In this document: positions 39,904-49,078 of the stretch, piece after piece
Layout: each line of letters starts with the position of its first letter
How positions within the stretch are numbered: the first letter of the stretch is position 1
NCBI GenBank assembly: GCA_963786105.1
Contig: CAWAXX010000008.1
Location: 1-64,000 of the forward strand
DNA from: Vulcanimicrobiota bacterium
Lineage (GTDB): Bacteria; Vulcanimicrobiota; Vulcanimicrobiia; Vulcanimicrobiales; Vulcanimicrobiaceae
DNA: 64,000 nucleotides
Reading direction: 5' to 3'
Notes under the pieces: generated by a model
What the model was told of the DNA's origin: nothing
The model's input: the letters and a program-made list of their open reading frames with translations, nothing else
The model's database searches: none
Program-made: the position numbers and the translations under genes

Positions 39904-40293
39904 TTGAGCGACGTCATTCAAGCCACCGGCCGCCGCAAGCGCGCCATCGCGCGCGTCTCGCTGACGCTCGGACAAGGCGTGATTCGAATCAACGGCAAGC
40001 CGGTCGAAGAGTACTTTCCGCGTCCCCAGTTGCTGCAGATCGTGCGCCAGCCGTTCGAAGCGACGCAGAGTCTTTCGCGCTTCGACGTAACGGTCAAAGC
40101 GGAAGGAGGCGGAGTCACCGGACAAGCCGGCGCCGTGCGCCACGGCATCGCGCGAGCGCTGATCGAGATCGACGAGAGCTTCAAGGCGATCATGCGCCAA
40201 AACGGCTTCCTGACGCGCGATCCGCGCGAAAAGGAATCGAAGAAGTACGGTCGCAAGCGCGCGCGCAAGCGCTTCCAGTTCAGCAAGCGCTAG
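39904..40293 (+). CDS. rpsI: 30S ribosomal protein S9
   Basis: TGRRK.A.ARV, GGG..GQAGA.RHGIARAL, LTRDPR, QFSKR. Confidence 0.98.
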   Translation: MSDVIQATGRRKRAIARVSLTLGQGVIRINGKPVEEYFPRPQLLQIVRQPFEATQSLSRFDVTVKAEGGGVTGQAGAVRHGIARALIEIDESFKAIMRQNGFLTRDPREKESKKYGRKRARKRFQFSKR

Positions 40294-40351
40294 TGGTTCT
40301 TTAACAACGAGCGAGTCGATTCGCGCACGAACGTCGAAGGAGGTTGCCCCT

Positions 40352-41404
40352 ATGGGCGCCTCCTTTGCGCTTGCGTTGCGTCTCGCCGTCATTGGCGTCG
40401 GCGCGCTCGCGCTCGCCTGGCAACCCGCCGCCGGGTGGGTCGAACGCGAATATGTCAACGGCGCGTATCCGGGTTGGGAGCACGCCGCGTATTCGCTAAC
40501 CCGCGGCTTGCCCTGGTCGCTCGGCGATCTCGCGTTCGGCGTCGGCATCGCGGCCATCGTGTGGCGCATCGTTGCGTACGCGCGCAGGCCGCGCCGCCGA
40601 AACGCGGCGTTCGGCATGCTGCTACTCGACGTCGCGGCGATCGTCGGCCTGTACGCCGTCTGGTTTGAAGTCGCTTGGGGCTGGAACTACGCCCGCGCGC
40701 CGATCGAGACGCGGGTGGTGTTCGATGCCGCGCTCGTGACGCCGGCGGCGGCCGAGCGGTTGCGCACGCGGGCGATGGCAGAAATAAACGAACTCGCCGC
40801 AGCGGCGCACGCGCGCGCCGAAGCGCCGCTCGATATCGATGCGTTACGCGAGGCGTGGCTGCCTTCCGTCCGTCGCGCCGGCGACGATTGGATACCCAAC
40901 GTCGGGCCGGCCAAACCGACGCTCGCCAATCCGTTCATGGAAGCCACCGGAACCAGCGGATTCATCAATCCGCTCACCCTGAACACGCAACTCGCCGGTG
41001 ACGTGCTGTGGTTCGAGCGGCCGTTCGATCAGTCGCACGAATGGAGTCACGTTGCCGCTTACGCTCGCGAGGACGAAGCCAACTACTTGGCCATCCTCAC
41101 CTGTCTGCGATCTCCGGATCCGGTTCAGCGTTACTCGGGGTGGCTGGAGCTATTTCTCTATCTCCCGCAGAAACGACACTACGCGCACCGCGAGTTCGTT
41201 CCGTTCGTTTGGCAAGATTTCGCCGCCATGCGCCTGCGCGACTCACGACACATCAACGTGTTGTTGGCGCACTGGACGTGGCGCACGTACAACGTCTATC
41301 TCAAGAGCAATCGCATCGCGTCCGGCATTCAAAACTACAACGAGGTGACGCGATTGATCCTCGGCGCACCTTTGGACGCGCAAGGACTACCGCAGGCGAG
41401 GTGA
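40352..41404 (+). CDS. DUF3810-like membrane-anchored putative zinc metallopeptidase
   Basis: N-terminal TM helices, WGWNY.R, G..NP.T, HEWSH zinc motif, AREDEAN. Confidence 0.78.
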   Translation: MGASFALALRLAVIGVGALALAWQPAAGWVEREYVNGAYPGWEHAAYSLTRGLPWSLGDLAFGVGIAAIVWRIVAYARRPRRRNAAFGMLLLDVAAIVGLYAVWFEVAWGWNYARAPIETRVVFDAALVTPAAAERLRTRAMAEINELAAAAHARAEAPLDIDALREAWLPSVRRAGDDWIPNVGPAKPTLANPFMEATGTSGFINPLTLNTQLAGDVLWFERPFDQSHEWSHVAAYAREDEANYLAILTCLRSPDPVQRYSGWLELFLYLPQKRHYAHREFVPFVWQDFAAMRLRDSRHINVLLAHWTWRTYNVYLKSNRIASGIQNYNEVTRLILGAPLDAQGLPQAR

Positions 41405-41921
41405 GCTGATGTCGGCATCGACGCCCCGCGGCACCAGATAGTAGAACGCGATCGCGAGATACGCGCCAAAACTCACGACCGGAAGAACCGGCGCCAAGAG
41501 CGTGGCGATCGCGTAGCCCGCCCATCCGACACGATAGGCGCGAACGGTCGACGTTACGGTTGCCGAACTCACCGAGGGCGCGAAAGCCCACTGCCGCACC
41601 AAGTGCGCGAGCAGCAGATTGTAAACCGTCGAGCAGTACGAAAGCGTGAGGGGGTAAAGGAGCGTCGACGCTTTGAACGTGGGGTACGACCCCAGCGTGC
41701 TGGTCGCGAACAAAATGAAGCCGGTCCCCCCAAAAGCAAGAGGTTGAGAAATACAGTCGTGCGATCGATGCGCTCCACTTCGGCCACAGGTGCAGCAGCG
41801 ATCGCGTTACGTCGAGATTCGAGGGGTCGCGCATGCCGGGCAGGACGAACCCGAGGACCAGCAGCGTGGTGGCGAACGCGAAGACTCCGTCTGAAAACGC
41901 CTCGAATCGAGCCTTGTTCAT
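41387..41921 (-). pseudogene. TMEM175/DUF1211 potassium channel, internally deleted and frameshifted
   Basis: RFEAFSDGVFA signature; after HLWP the expected helix ending W..HH is missing and similarity resumes in other frames (ERIDRTTVFLNLLLL; FATSTLG). Confidence 0.72.
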
Positions 41922-42013
41922 GCTCTACGCTCGTTACCGGTTTCCAAACGCCGACATACTTCGGCCATTGCGCGGTTGCCTTCCGACCACCACGGCGAGC
42001 CATCCTATGAGGC

Positions 42014-42232
42014 ATGTTTGACGTGGGCGATTCTCTTCGCGCCGCACTCGACGGTGCCGGCGAACGGTTGCGCGACGCGCAGGCGGCGGTGGCGAGGGCC
42101 AACGCCGGCGAACGCCCCGGAAGGGCCGCCGATGCCGCGATGGCGCAGACCGCGCAGGCGGCAATCTTCAGTGAGGCGCTGCTCAACGCGGAGCACGCGC
42201 GTCTCGAGGAGATCAAGGCGGTATCGAAGTGA
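42014..42232 (+). CDS. Miniature FlgB-like proximal rod protein
   Basis: 72 aa, first gene before flgC-fliE-fliF; L.AALD...R......A.AN N-terminal helix and a rod-like C-terminal helix with no middle region. Confidence 0.55.
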   Translation: MFDVGDSLRAALDGAGERLRDAQAAVARANAGERPGRAADAAMAQTAQAAIFSEALLNAEHARLEEIKAVSK

Positions 42233-42561
42233 CGATTCCGTTGCTGGACTCAGCCGCTAGCGCGATGGACGCACAGCGCGCCGCGCTCGACGTCGCCGCC
42301 CGCAACGTCGCGGCCGCCGAGGCGGCCGGTCCCGACGGCAGCTACGCGCGCCTGATTCCCGAGTTCCGCCTCGTCGACGGAGACGACGGCGAGACGCGCG
42401 TGCAGTTTTCCGGATCGCATCGCGAACCCGGAACCAACGTCGACATCCTTACCGAGATGATTGCGGTGATGAACGCTTCGCGTGCGTTCGAGTCGGACGC
42501 ATCCCTGTTCGACGTCGGCAAGACGCTAGCCGAAAGAACGATCGAGCTCGGCCGCTTGTGA
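42229..42561 (+). CDS. flgC: FlgC-like basal-body rod protein (short)
   Basis: ASAMDAQR..LDV.A.N.A, Y.R, NVD..TEM..VM.ASRAFE motifs. Confidence 0.82.
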   Translation: MTIPLLDSAASAMDAQRAALDVAARNVAAAEAAGPDGSYARLIPEFRLVDGDDGETRVQFSGSHREPGTNVDILTEMIAVMNASRAFESDASLFDVGKTLAERTIELGRL

Positions 42562-42827
42562 AGGTCGAGCCGCTTCTTCCCGATGCGCCGTTGCCCGAAG
42601 CGGCAACGCGCGACGACGACGCATCAACCTTTGTCTCGGCGCTCGACGCGCTCGGTTCGGCGCTCGCCGGTGCCGAGCGCGCGGAAGACGCGTTCGCGAA
42701 CGGTCCGGGCACGCTGCAAGACGCCGTCTACGAGCGCGCGCGCGCCGACGTCGTTCTGGCGGTCGCAACCGCAGCGGCGCAACGCAGCGCCCAAGCGATT
42801 ACGTCGATCCTCAACATGCAAGTGTGA
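42558..42827 (+). CDS. fliE: FliE-like hook-basal body protein
   Basis: F..AL, A..A...FA.G...L.D....A, C-terminal ILNMQV; position between flgC and fliF. Confidence 0.82.
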   Translation: MKVEPLLPDAPLPEAATRDDDASTFVSALDALGSALAGAERAEDAFANGPGTLQDAVYERARADVVLAVATAAAQRSAQAITSILNMQV

Positions 42828-42831
42828 AACG

Positions 42832-44304
42832 ATGGAGCACGCCGCGCATCTGCTCGCTCGTTGGAACGCGCTTCCGAGAATCGTGCGCATCGTCGCGGGC
42901 GGACTCCTCGGCGCGATCGCCGCGCTTTCGATCGGCGCTACAGTCGCGCTGCATCCGGCGCGCGATCGCCTCTTTGCCACGCCGCTCCATGCCGAGCAGC
43001 TGAGCGAAGTCGAAGAGCGTTTGGCAAGCTGGAACGTCGCGTTCACGCCGGCCGCCGACAACGTGATCGTCGATGCCGGCCGCCGCAACGACGTGTTGCT
43101 ACGTCTGTCGATGTCCGGCGTGCCGCACGCGCACGTCGAGACGAGCAGCGAAGCTCTCGCCAACGTCGGCGTTCTCACGCCGCAGGCCGTTATCGATGCC
43201 CAAACGCGCGCCGGCTTGGCAGGCGACATCGAAGCGGGGCTGCGCGGCATCGACGGTCTCGACGACGCTCGGGTGATCGTGGCGCCGGGAAAAAGTGCGG
43301 AGTTTGCCGACGAGTCCAGCCGCGCGGCAAGCGCCAGCGTGCGCGTGCGATTGCGCGGCGGCTCCCAGCTTTCACGCGAGGCGATCGCGGGAATTCGCGC
43401 ATTCGTCGCCGCCGGAGTCCCCGGATTGACGCCGTCGCGGGTGACGATTCTCGACGATCGCGGGGTTGCACTGGACGAGACCGGTAGGGGCGCCGACGAC
43501 GCGGCCGACCTTCAGCGCTCGTTGCAGTCGGCACTTGATGCCGCGCTCGGCGAGGGAACGACGATCGTTCGAGTGCGCGCGGAGTATCGCGACGATCGAC
43601 GCTCGGAGCGGGACGTTCGGCGCGCGCCGGTCGGAGGCGCCACCGTCGCTCGGGCCTCGCGCAACGAGTCGTTCGACGACGGCGGCAAGCGCTATCGCCG
43701 CCGCGATGAAACCGAGGACCGCGGTAGCGAAACGCGCGAAGTCGCGTCCGAAACGGAACGCGGTGGCCTCCGGCGTCTCTCCACCGCCGTTTTCGTCGAC
43801 ATCGCCCGCGGCGTCGTTCCGTCGAAGGTGCGCGATCTCGCCGCCGCAACGGTCGGGTACGATGCGACGCGCGGCGATTCGCTCGTCGTGCAGGCGGTCG
43901 ATTTTCGCCGCGACCGCGTACGGCACGGAAGCCTATGGTGGCTACTCTACGGCGCCGTCGTGCCGCTGGCACCGGTCATCGTACTCGCGGCTGGTGTCGT
44001 GGTGACGGCGCGGGTCTCAATGCCACCGTTAGCGGCGCTGCTGCAGACGATCGTCGAGCGCGCCTCGGTCAATCGCACGTCGAAAGCGGTTGCCGGATTC
44101 GCTCCGGCCCGAGTGCGCAGCGCGCTCGCGCACGAGCCGCCGCACGCTGCCGCAGCCATCATCAGCGCATTGCCGGCGGCCACCGCTGCAGCGGTCCTAG
44201 ACTTATATCCCGCACACGAGCGCGAAGCGATCGTCAAGCGCATGCAGCGCCCGCATTCGCCGCTGCTGCCCGACGCTGAAGAACTGTTGCGCCGGCATGC
44301 GTGA
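42832..44304 (+). CDS. fliF: FliF M-ring protein fused to a C-terminal FliG middle-domain-like segment
   Basis: TM helix, YscJ/FliF ring motifs (L.G.IE..L..IDG...ARV, ASASV, V...VPGL....VTI.D..G..L), second TM, then LAHEPPHAAAAIISALPAATAAAVL..P..R..I..RM. Confidence 0.82.
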   Translation: MEHAAHLLARWNALPRIVRIVAGGLLGAIAALSIGATVALHPARDRLFATPLHAEQLSEVEERLASWNVAFTPAADNVIVDAGRRNDVLLRLSMSGVPHAHVETSSEALANVGVLTPQAVIDAQTRAGLAGDIEAGLRGIDGLDDARVIVAPGKSAEFADESSRAASASVRVRLRGGSQLSREAIAGIRAFVAAGVPGLTPSRVTILDDRGVALDETGRGADDAADLQRSLQSALDAALGEGTTIVRVRAEYRDDRRSERDVRRAPVGGATVARASRNESFDDGGKRYRRRDETEDRGSETREVASETERGGLRRLSTAVFVDIARGVVPSKVRDLAAATVGYDATRGDSLVVQAVDFRRDRVRHGSLWWLLYGAVVPLAPVIVLAAGVVVTARVSMPPLAALLQTIVERASVNRTSKAVAGFAPARVRSALAHEPPHAAAAIISALPAATAAAVLDLYPAHEREAIVKRMQRPHSPLLPDAEELLRRHA

Positions 44305-44803
44305 CGGCTTCGTTCCCCTCGACGTATTCTTTCGCCAATCGACGATTGCCGAGCCGGTCGCCGGCAACGCGGGTCGCGACGAGATACCGTCCGCTGGTTT
44401 GCCGGTAGGCGAGGAAAAGCTCGTTGAGAAACGCGACGGCGGTGTAGATGCCGCCGCAGCGGTTCGTCGCTTTCACGCGGCGTTAACCGACGCCCTCGAC
44501 GCCGCCGTCGACGAGCTTTTGCCTGCCATCGCGCGAGAAGTTCTCGGCCGCGAGTTGGCGACGGCGCCGGCGGACCTTGCAGCCATCGCCGGCGCCGCGC
44601 TCGGACGGTATGAAGCCGACTCCCCGATCCGATTGCGCGCGCATCCCGGCGACACGGCGGCGCTCGCCGGATTGAGTCTCGCGGTGATCGCCGATTCGAA
44701 ACTTCGTCGCGGCGACCTCGTTATCGACGTGCGCTCGGGAACGATCGACGCGAGCGTAGACGCGCGCCTCGGACGCGTGCTCGAATCCATTACCGGCGCC
44801 TAA
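44297..44803 (+). CDS. fliH: FliH/SctL-like protein (short)
   Basis: IA..VL.REL, IRLR.HP.D, D..L.RGD..I....G.IDASV; between fliF and fliI. Confidence 0.78.
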   Translation: MRDGFVPLDVFFRQSTIAEPVAGNAGRDEIPSAGLPVGEEKLVEKRDGGVDAAAAVRRFHAALTDALDAAVDELLPAIAREVLGRELATAPADLAAIAGAALGRYEADSPIRLRAHPGDTAALAGLSLAVIADSKLRRGDLVIDVRSGTIDASVDARLGRVLESITGA

Positions 44804-44807
44804 TGCG

Positions 44808-46058
44808 GTGATCGCGCGCGGCGTCGTTCTGGGAGCCCGCGCCGGATTGGTTTTGGTGCGCATTCCCGGCCTCCGGATCGGAGACGGCGTTCGCATTGCG
44901 ACCCAGCTGGGGTCGATCGGCGGTCACGCGTGCGCGATCGACGCGCGAGGCGCGTTGGTGGGGGCACACGCGACCATCGGGGGCATCGCGCGCGGAGTGG
45001 TCGCGTGGATCGATCCGTCGGTTCAACGTTTGCCGCTCGGAATGTGCGCGCTGGGTCGCGCCATCGATGCAAGCGCACGTCCGATCGACGGCGGCCGCGC
45101 ATTATCGGGTCGTCGCGTTCCGCTCGCACCGGTATCGCCGCCGCCGTCCGACCGCGCGCCGATCGGCGAACGGTTCACGACCGGCGTGCGCGCGATCGAC
45201 GGCTTATTGACGCTAGGGCGGGGAGCGCGCGTCGGAATATTCGGCGCACCCGGTGCGGGGAAGAGCACGCTCTTGGAGTTTATCGTTGACGGCTGCCGCG
45301 CAGACGCGATCGTCATCGCGCTCGTCGGCGAACGTGGACGGGAAGCTCGACAATGGATCGACGCACTCGTTCCGCACGCGACCGTCGTTTGCGCGACCAG
45401 CGATCGGCCGGCTGCCGAACGAGCGCGGGCGGCCGTCGTCGCCGCCGCGCACGCTTCGGCGTTGCGCGAACGCGGGCTGCACGTGCTGCTCGTGCTCGAC
45501 AGTTTGGCACGGGCGGCTTCCGCCTGGCGTGAGCTCGCCGTCGCAGCCGGCGAAAGCGTTGGACGCGGGGGATATCCCCCGAGCGTGTTTGCCGAGCTGG
45601 CACGTTTGGTTGAAGTGGCCGGTGCCACGCATGCGGGATCGATTACGTTGATCGCCAGCGTGCTCGGTGACGGGGACGACCGCGATCCAATAAGCGACGC
45701 GGCCCGGTCGTTGCTGGACGGTCACGTAGCGCTCTCCGCTTCGCTCGCGCAAGCGGGGCGCTTTCCAGCCATCGACGTGCTGAGCAGTGCAAGCCGCACG
45801 ATGGCGCTGGTCGCACCTCGATGGCAGCGGCATGCGGCTGAAAGTATCCGTCGCGCGCTTGCGTTGCTCGAGCGTGTCGACGACGCGCGCCGCCTCGGAA
45901 TCGATCCGGTGGACGCGTATGCGCGCCGCGCCATCGAGGCCGAAGCGGATCTCGAAGCGTTCCTGCGTCAGGACGGTCCTTCGGCCGACGAAGCGTCGAC
46001 ACACCGCAGGATGGCCGGCATTGCCGCCTTCCTGGACGAGGAGGCGCCAAATGTGTAG
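44808..46058 (+). CDS. fliI: FliI/SctN type III export ATPase
   Basis: TGVRAID, Walker A GAPGAGKS, LVGERGRE, LDSL.R, GYPPSVF, GSIT, DGH..LS..LA..G.FPAID...S.SR. Confidence 0.92.
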   Translation: MIARGVVLGARAGLVLVRIPGLRIGDGVRIATQLGSIGGHACAIDARGALVGAHATIGGIARGVVAWIDPSVQRLPLGMCALGRAIDASARPIDGGRALSGRRVPLAPVSPPPSDRAPIGERFTTGVRAIDGLLTLGRGARVGIFGAPGAGKSTLLEFIVDGCRADAIVIALVGERGREARQWIDALVPHATVVCATSDRPAAERARAAVVAAAHASALRERGLHVLLVLDSLARAASAWRELAVAAGESVGRGGYPPSVFAELARLVEVAGATHAGSITLIASVLGDGDDRDPISDAARSLLDGHVALSASLAQAGRFPAIDVLSSASRTMALVAPRWQRHAAESIRRALALLERVDDARRLGIDPVDAYARRAIEAEADLEAFLRQDGPSADEASTHRRMAGIAAFLDEEAPNV

Positions 46059-46114
46059 CGCCAGCACAATGCTCGCTTGGGTGCGACCGAGAAGTATCGC
46101 CGGTAAAGCGTCTC

Positions 46115-47755
46115 ATGCGCAACCTGAAACGAACGAAACCCTTCAAGCCGCTCGCGCGCCGGCCGGCCTACCTCGCCGTCATCGTGCTGGCCACCGCGTT
46201 CCCGGCATCCTCACCTGCCTCGCCGTCCGACCTCGCGACGATTCTTGACCGGCATCTTCAGGCGCGTACGGCGCTGCACGTCAGGGCGCCGCGCACGCTG
46301 CAAACGGAAGGAACGCTCGAGGGCCTCGGCTTGCACGGAAGTTTTCACACGTGGCGCGAGGGAGGACGCGAGCGATACGACGAGACGCTCGGAATCCGCG
46401 CTCAGCGTACGCTTCGGGTAGAGGGCGTGGAATGGATGCAAAACGCCAACGGTGACGTGCGCGAGCTTCACGGGCTGGTGGCCCGGCGGCAAGTCAGCCA
46501 AGATTTCATCGATTCCGGCGAGTTCGCGCGTCACCCTGAAAACGATACGCTCCTCGGACGCGCCAAGCTCGGCGACGGGCGCGAGGTTTGGCGGATTCGC
46601 ATCGAACCGCCCGGCGGCGAACCGTACGGTGTTGCGCTTGACACGGGCACGCTCATGGTAGACGAAGAGGCCTACGTCGAGGGCGATGGTATAACCACGG
46701 TCGACTATGCGGATTACCGCGTCGTGCGCGGTGCGCTCTACGCCGACGTCAGCGTCGAATCGAACGGCGAGCGTGCCTACAACATCACGTCGCGGGTGAC
46801 CGGCGTTACGGTGAACGAACCGATCGATCCGTCCGTGTTCGCGCCGCTGCAGCCGGCAGTTGTGGACGCCCCCAATCCGGTGAAGGTTCCGCTGCTGACG
46901 GACGCCGGGCACTACTTCGTGCGCGGAACGGTCGATGGGAAGGCGCTGCTGTTCTTGGTCGATAGCGGTTCGCAAGCGTTGTTCGTCGATCCGGCGGTTG
47001 CCCAGCGTCTCGACCTCACACCTGAAGGCTCGCTGGAGGTACGCGGAGCGAAACGGATTAGCGGTCGCGGCGTAATCCCCCTCGACCGAATCGATATCGG
47101 AGACGCACACCTCCCGGCGCACGTCGTGTCGGTCGTCGACTTGAGCTCGGTCACGTACACCGGAAAAACGGTTGACGGCGTGCTCGGATATCCGTTTTTT
47201 GCGGCGGCCGAAGTACGCATCGATCCCGAATCCATGACGATGACGATTGCGAAGCCGGGCGCGCTGGCCGTCCGCGGGTCGCCGATTCCAATCGACACCG
47301 ATCGGGAGCTCCCGGAAATGACCGCTCGCCTGAACGGCACGACCGACGGACGATTCCTGATCGATACCGGCAACAGTAACGACTTGCTCGTGTTCCATGC
47401 GTTCGCGCTGGCGAATCCGGGGGTCGTCTTTTTCGGCAACGCGCAGAACTTTGCCAAGAATGGCGGCGTCGGTGGATCGAGCGCCGCGGTTCCCGCCGTC
47501 GTGGCCCGTCTCGAGATTGGGCCTTTCAACCTGTACAATCGCTCTGCGGACGTGATGCTCTCCGACACCGGCGCGTTCGCCGACCGCTACGAAGCCGGCA
47601 ACATCGGGCTTGCCACGCTGAAGAACTTCGTGTGCACGTTCGACTATTCGAATCGCACGCTCTTCCTCGATAAAACTCGCTGGTTCGACGACGGACGCTA
47701 TCGTTCGCCGACGGAAGTACTGCGACCGCGCGCCAACCCGTTCAATCCGCCGTAA
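46115..47755 (+). CDS. Secreted protein with two retropepsin-like aspartyl protease domains
   Basis: Signal-like N-terminus; FLVDSGS...DGVLG and FLIDTGN...GNIG catalytic motifs. Confidence 0.82.
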   Translation: MRNLKRTKPFKPLARRPAYLAVIVLATAFPASSPASPSDLATILDRHLQARTALHVRAPRTLQTEGTLEGLGLHGSFHTWREGGRERYDETLGIRAQRTLRVEGVEWMQNANGDVRELHGLVARRQVSQDFIDSGEFARHPENDTLLGRAKLGDGREVWRIRIEPPGGEPYGVALDTGTLMVDEEAYVEGDGITTVDYADYRVVRGALYADVSVESNGERAYNITSRVTGVTVNEPIDPSVFAPLQPAVVDAPNPVKVPLLTDAGHYFVRGTVDGKALLFLVDSGSQALFVDPAVAQRLDLTPEGSLEVRGAKRISGRGVIPLDRIDIGDAHLPAHVVSVVDLSSVTYTGKTVDGVLGYPFFAAAEVRIDPESMTMTIAKPGALAVRGSPIPIDTDRELPEMTARLNGTTDGRFLIDTGNSNDLLVFHAFALANPGVVFFGNAQNFAKNGGVGGSSAAVPAVVARLEIGPFNLYNRSADVMLSDTGAFADRYEAGNIGLATLKNFVCTFDYSNRTLFLDKTRWFDDGRYRSPTEVLRPRANPFNPP

Positions 47756-47768
47756 CATCGCCGCGACG

Positions 47769-48365
47769 TTGCTGCCACCCCAGGGCGCGATGATTCGCCC
47801 CATGATGACGCAACAGCTTCATGCGAGCATTCTTTCCGCGCCGCTGGCGCAAATCGACCGCCGTTCGCTTTCCCAAGCTTGGTACTCGGCTTTGGGCCTT
47901 GCCAGCGTGCGCCAGTCGTCGCTGCCGTCAGGGAATCCGCCGAAGGCGAGCCCGGCGTCACCGGACCGCTGCCCGAAAATCGGCGACACGACGCGCCGGG
48001 TTCATTTTTCGCCGCCGGTGCAAGCGCCGGCGCGCGCGTTGGGACGGCAAGGCATGCCGCTCGAGCGCATCGTCGAGCGCGTTGTCGAGAGACGAGCGGC
48101 GGGGTTGCCGTTGGCGCGGAAGATCGAGCGCGCCTTTCTGGATCCGCGTTCGCGGGTGAGGCGTTCGACGTTCACGGTTGGCCGCGGCGGCGCCCGCGTC
48201 CACGTCGTGCTGCAGAGCCAGGGAGATTGCGTGAGACTGATCGCGATCTGCGCGCCCGCGTACCGCGACACCGTCGCCCGGGCACTCGCCCAAGCAAGTT
48301 TTGCGCTGGCATCGCGCGGATGCGCGATCGCGCGCCGCGAGCAAGAGGACGTGCCGTGTTCGTGA
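47769..48365 (+). CDS. Hypothetical protein, possible FliK-like (T3S4 domain) ruler; start uncertain
   Basis: Pro/Ser-rich N-half followed by VHVVLQ....VRL.A......V..AL.....L..RG beta-beta-alpha pattern; located before the rod/hook-like gene. Confidence 0.45.
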   Translation: MLPPQGAMIRPMMTQQLHASILSAPLAQIDRRSLSQAWYSALGLASVRQSSLPSGNPPKASPASPDRCPKIGDTTRRVHFSPPVQAPARALGRQGMPLERIVERVVERRAAGLPLARKIERAFLDPRSRVRRSTFTVGRGGARVHVVLQSQGDCVRLIAICAPAYRDTVARALAQASFALASRGCAIARREQEDVPCS

Positions 48366-49078
48366 ACGTGTCACTCAGCGCGGCCTTGGATCGCATCGCC
48401 GAGCGCGCGGCGGATGTCAGGCGCGCCTTCACCCCGGGCGCGATCCCGCAACATAGCGACGTCGCGACGTCGGCGGAGCAGTCCGACTTCACGCTCGACC
48501 CGCTTTCGGTCGCTCCTCCCGACGGAGCCTACTTCATGACGATCGACGCCCGCGGCCGGACCGAGTACACGCGCGACGGCACTTTTGCGGTCACCGGCGG
48601 GAGGCTCGTCGATGCGCGCGGACTCCCCGTGCTCGGCCGTCGGACGGCCGGCGGACCGTTGAGCGAGCTTCGCGTCGATCCGGTCGATGCGGCGCTCGGC
48701 CGGATCACGAATGCGCGCGTGGAGGCAGATGGGAACCTCGTCTATCCGCGCGTGGCGATCGATCCGCGCAGCGGCAAACGCATGGCCAGCGACGTCGTCG
48801 TCGGACGCATCGTTCTCGCGCGCTTCCCCGCCGGAACGAAGCTCGGCTCGGCGGACGGACGAAGTTTCGTCGCTCCGTCCGGGGTCGTGCCGTCAACCGG
48901 ATTTGCCGGCGACGACGCCTTTGAAGCGCTCGCACCGATGCATCGGCAGCGTAGCCGCATCGACCTCGACGCGAGCCTGATGCGTCTCAAAGAGGCGTAC
49001 GTTGCCTTCGACGCCCTTGCCGCCGCGGAGAAGGCGAAGCATCGGCTAAGCAAGGCTGCGATGGACGTCGTGAAATGA
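48356..49078 (+). CDS. FlgF/FlgG/FlgE family rod-hook protein (240 aa, divergent)
   Basis: G.YF, YTRDG.F, G.LV...G.PVLG, VG.I.LA.F motifs and C-terminal S.ID....M helix. Confidence 0.78.
   Translation: MFVNVSLSAALDRIAERAADVRRAFTPGAIPQHSDVATSAEQSDFTLDPLSVAPPDGAYFMTIDARGRTEYTRDGTFAVTGGRLVDARGLPVLGRRTAGGPLSELRVDPVDAALGRITNARVEADGNLVYPRVAIDPRSGKRMASDVVVGRIVLARFPAGTKLGSADGRSFVAPSGVVPSTGFAGDDAFEALAPMHRQRSRIDLDASLMRLKEAYVAFDALAAAEKAKHRLSKAAMDVVK

Noticed and set aside
41930..42013. Sigma28 or sigma54 flagellar promoter before the export cluster
   Set aside because: No convincing TAAA-N15-GCCGATAA or TGGCAC-N5-TTGC match.
46211..47803. Long antisense ORFs (this one, 3210-4559, 11065-12324, 15134-16354, 57783-59129 and others)
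   Set aside because: Shadow frames of well-supported genes in high-GC DNA, with no recognisable motifs.
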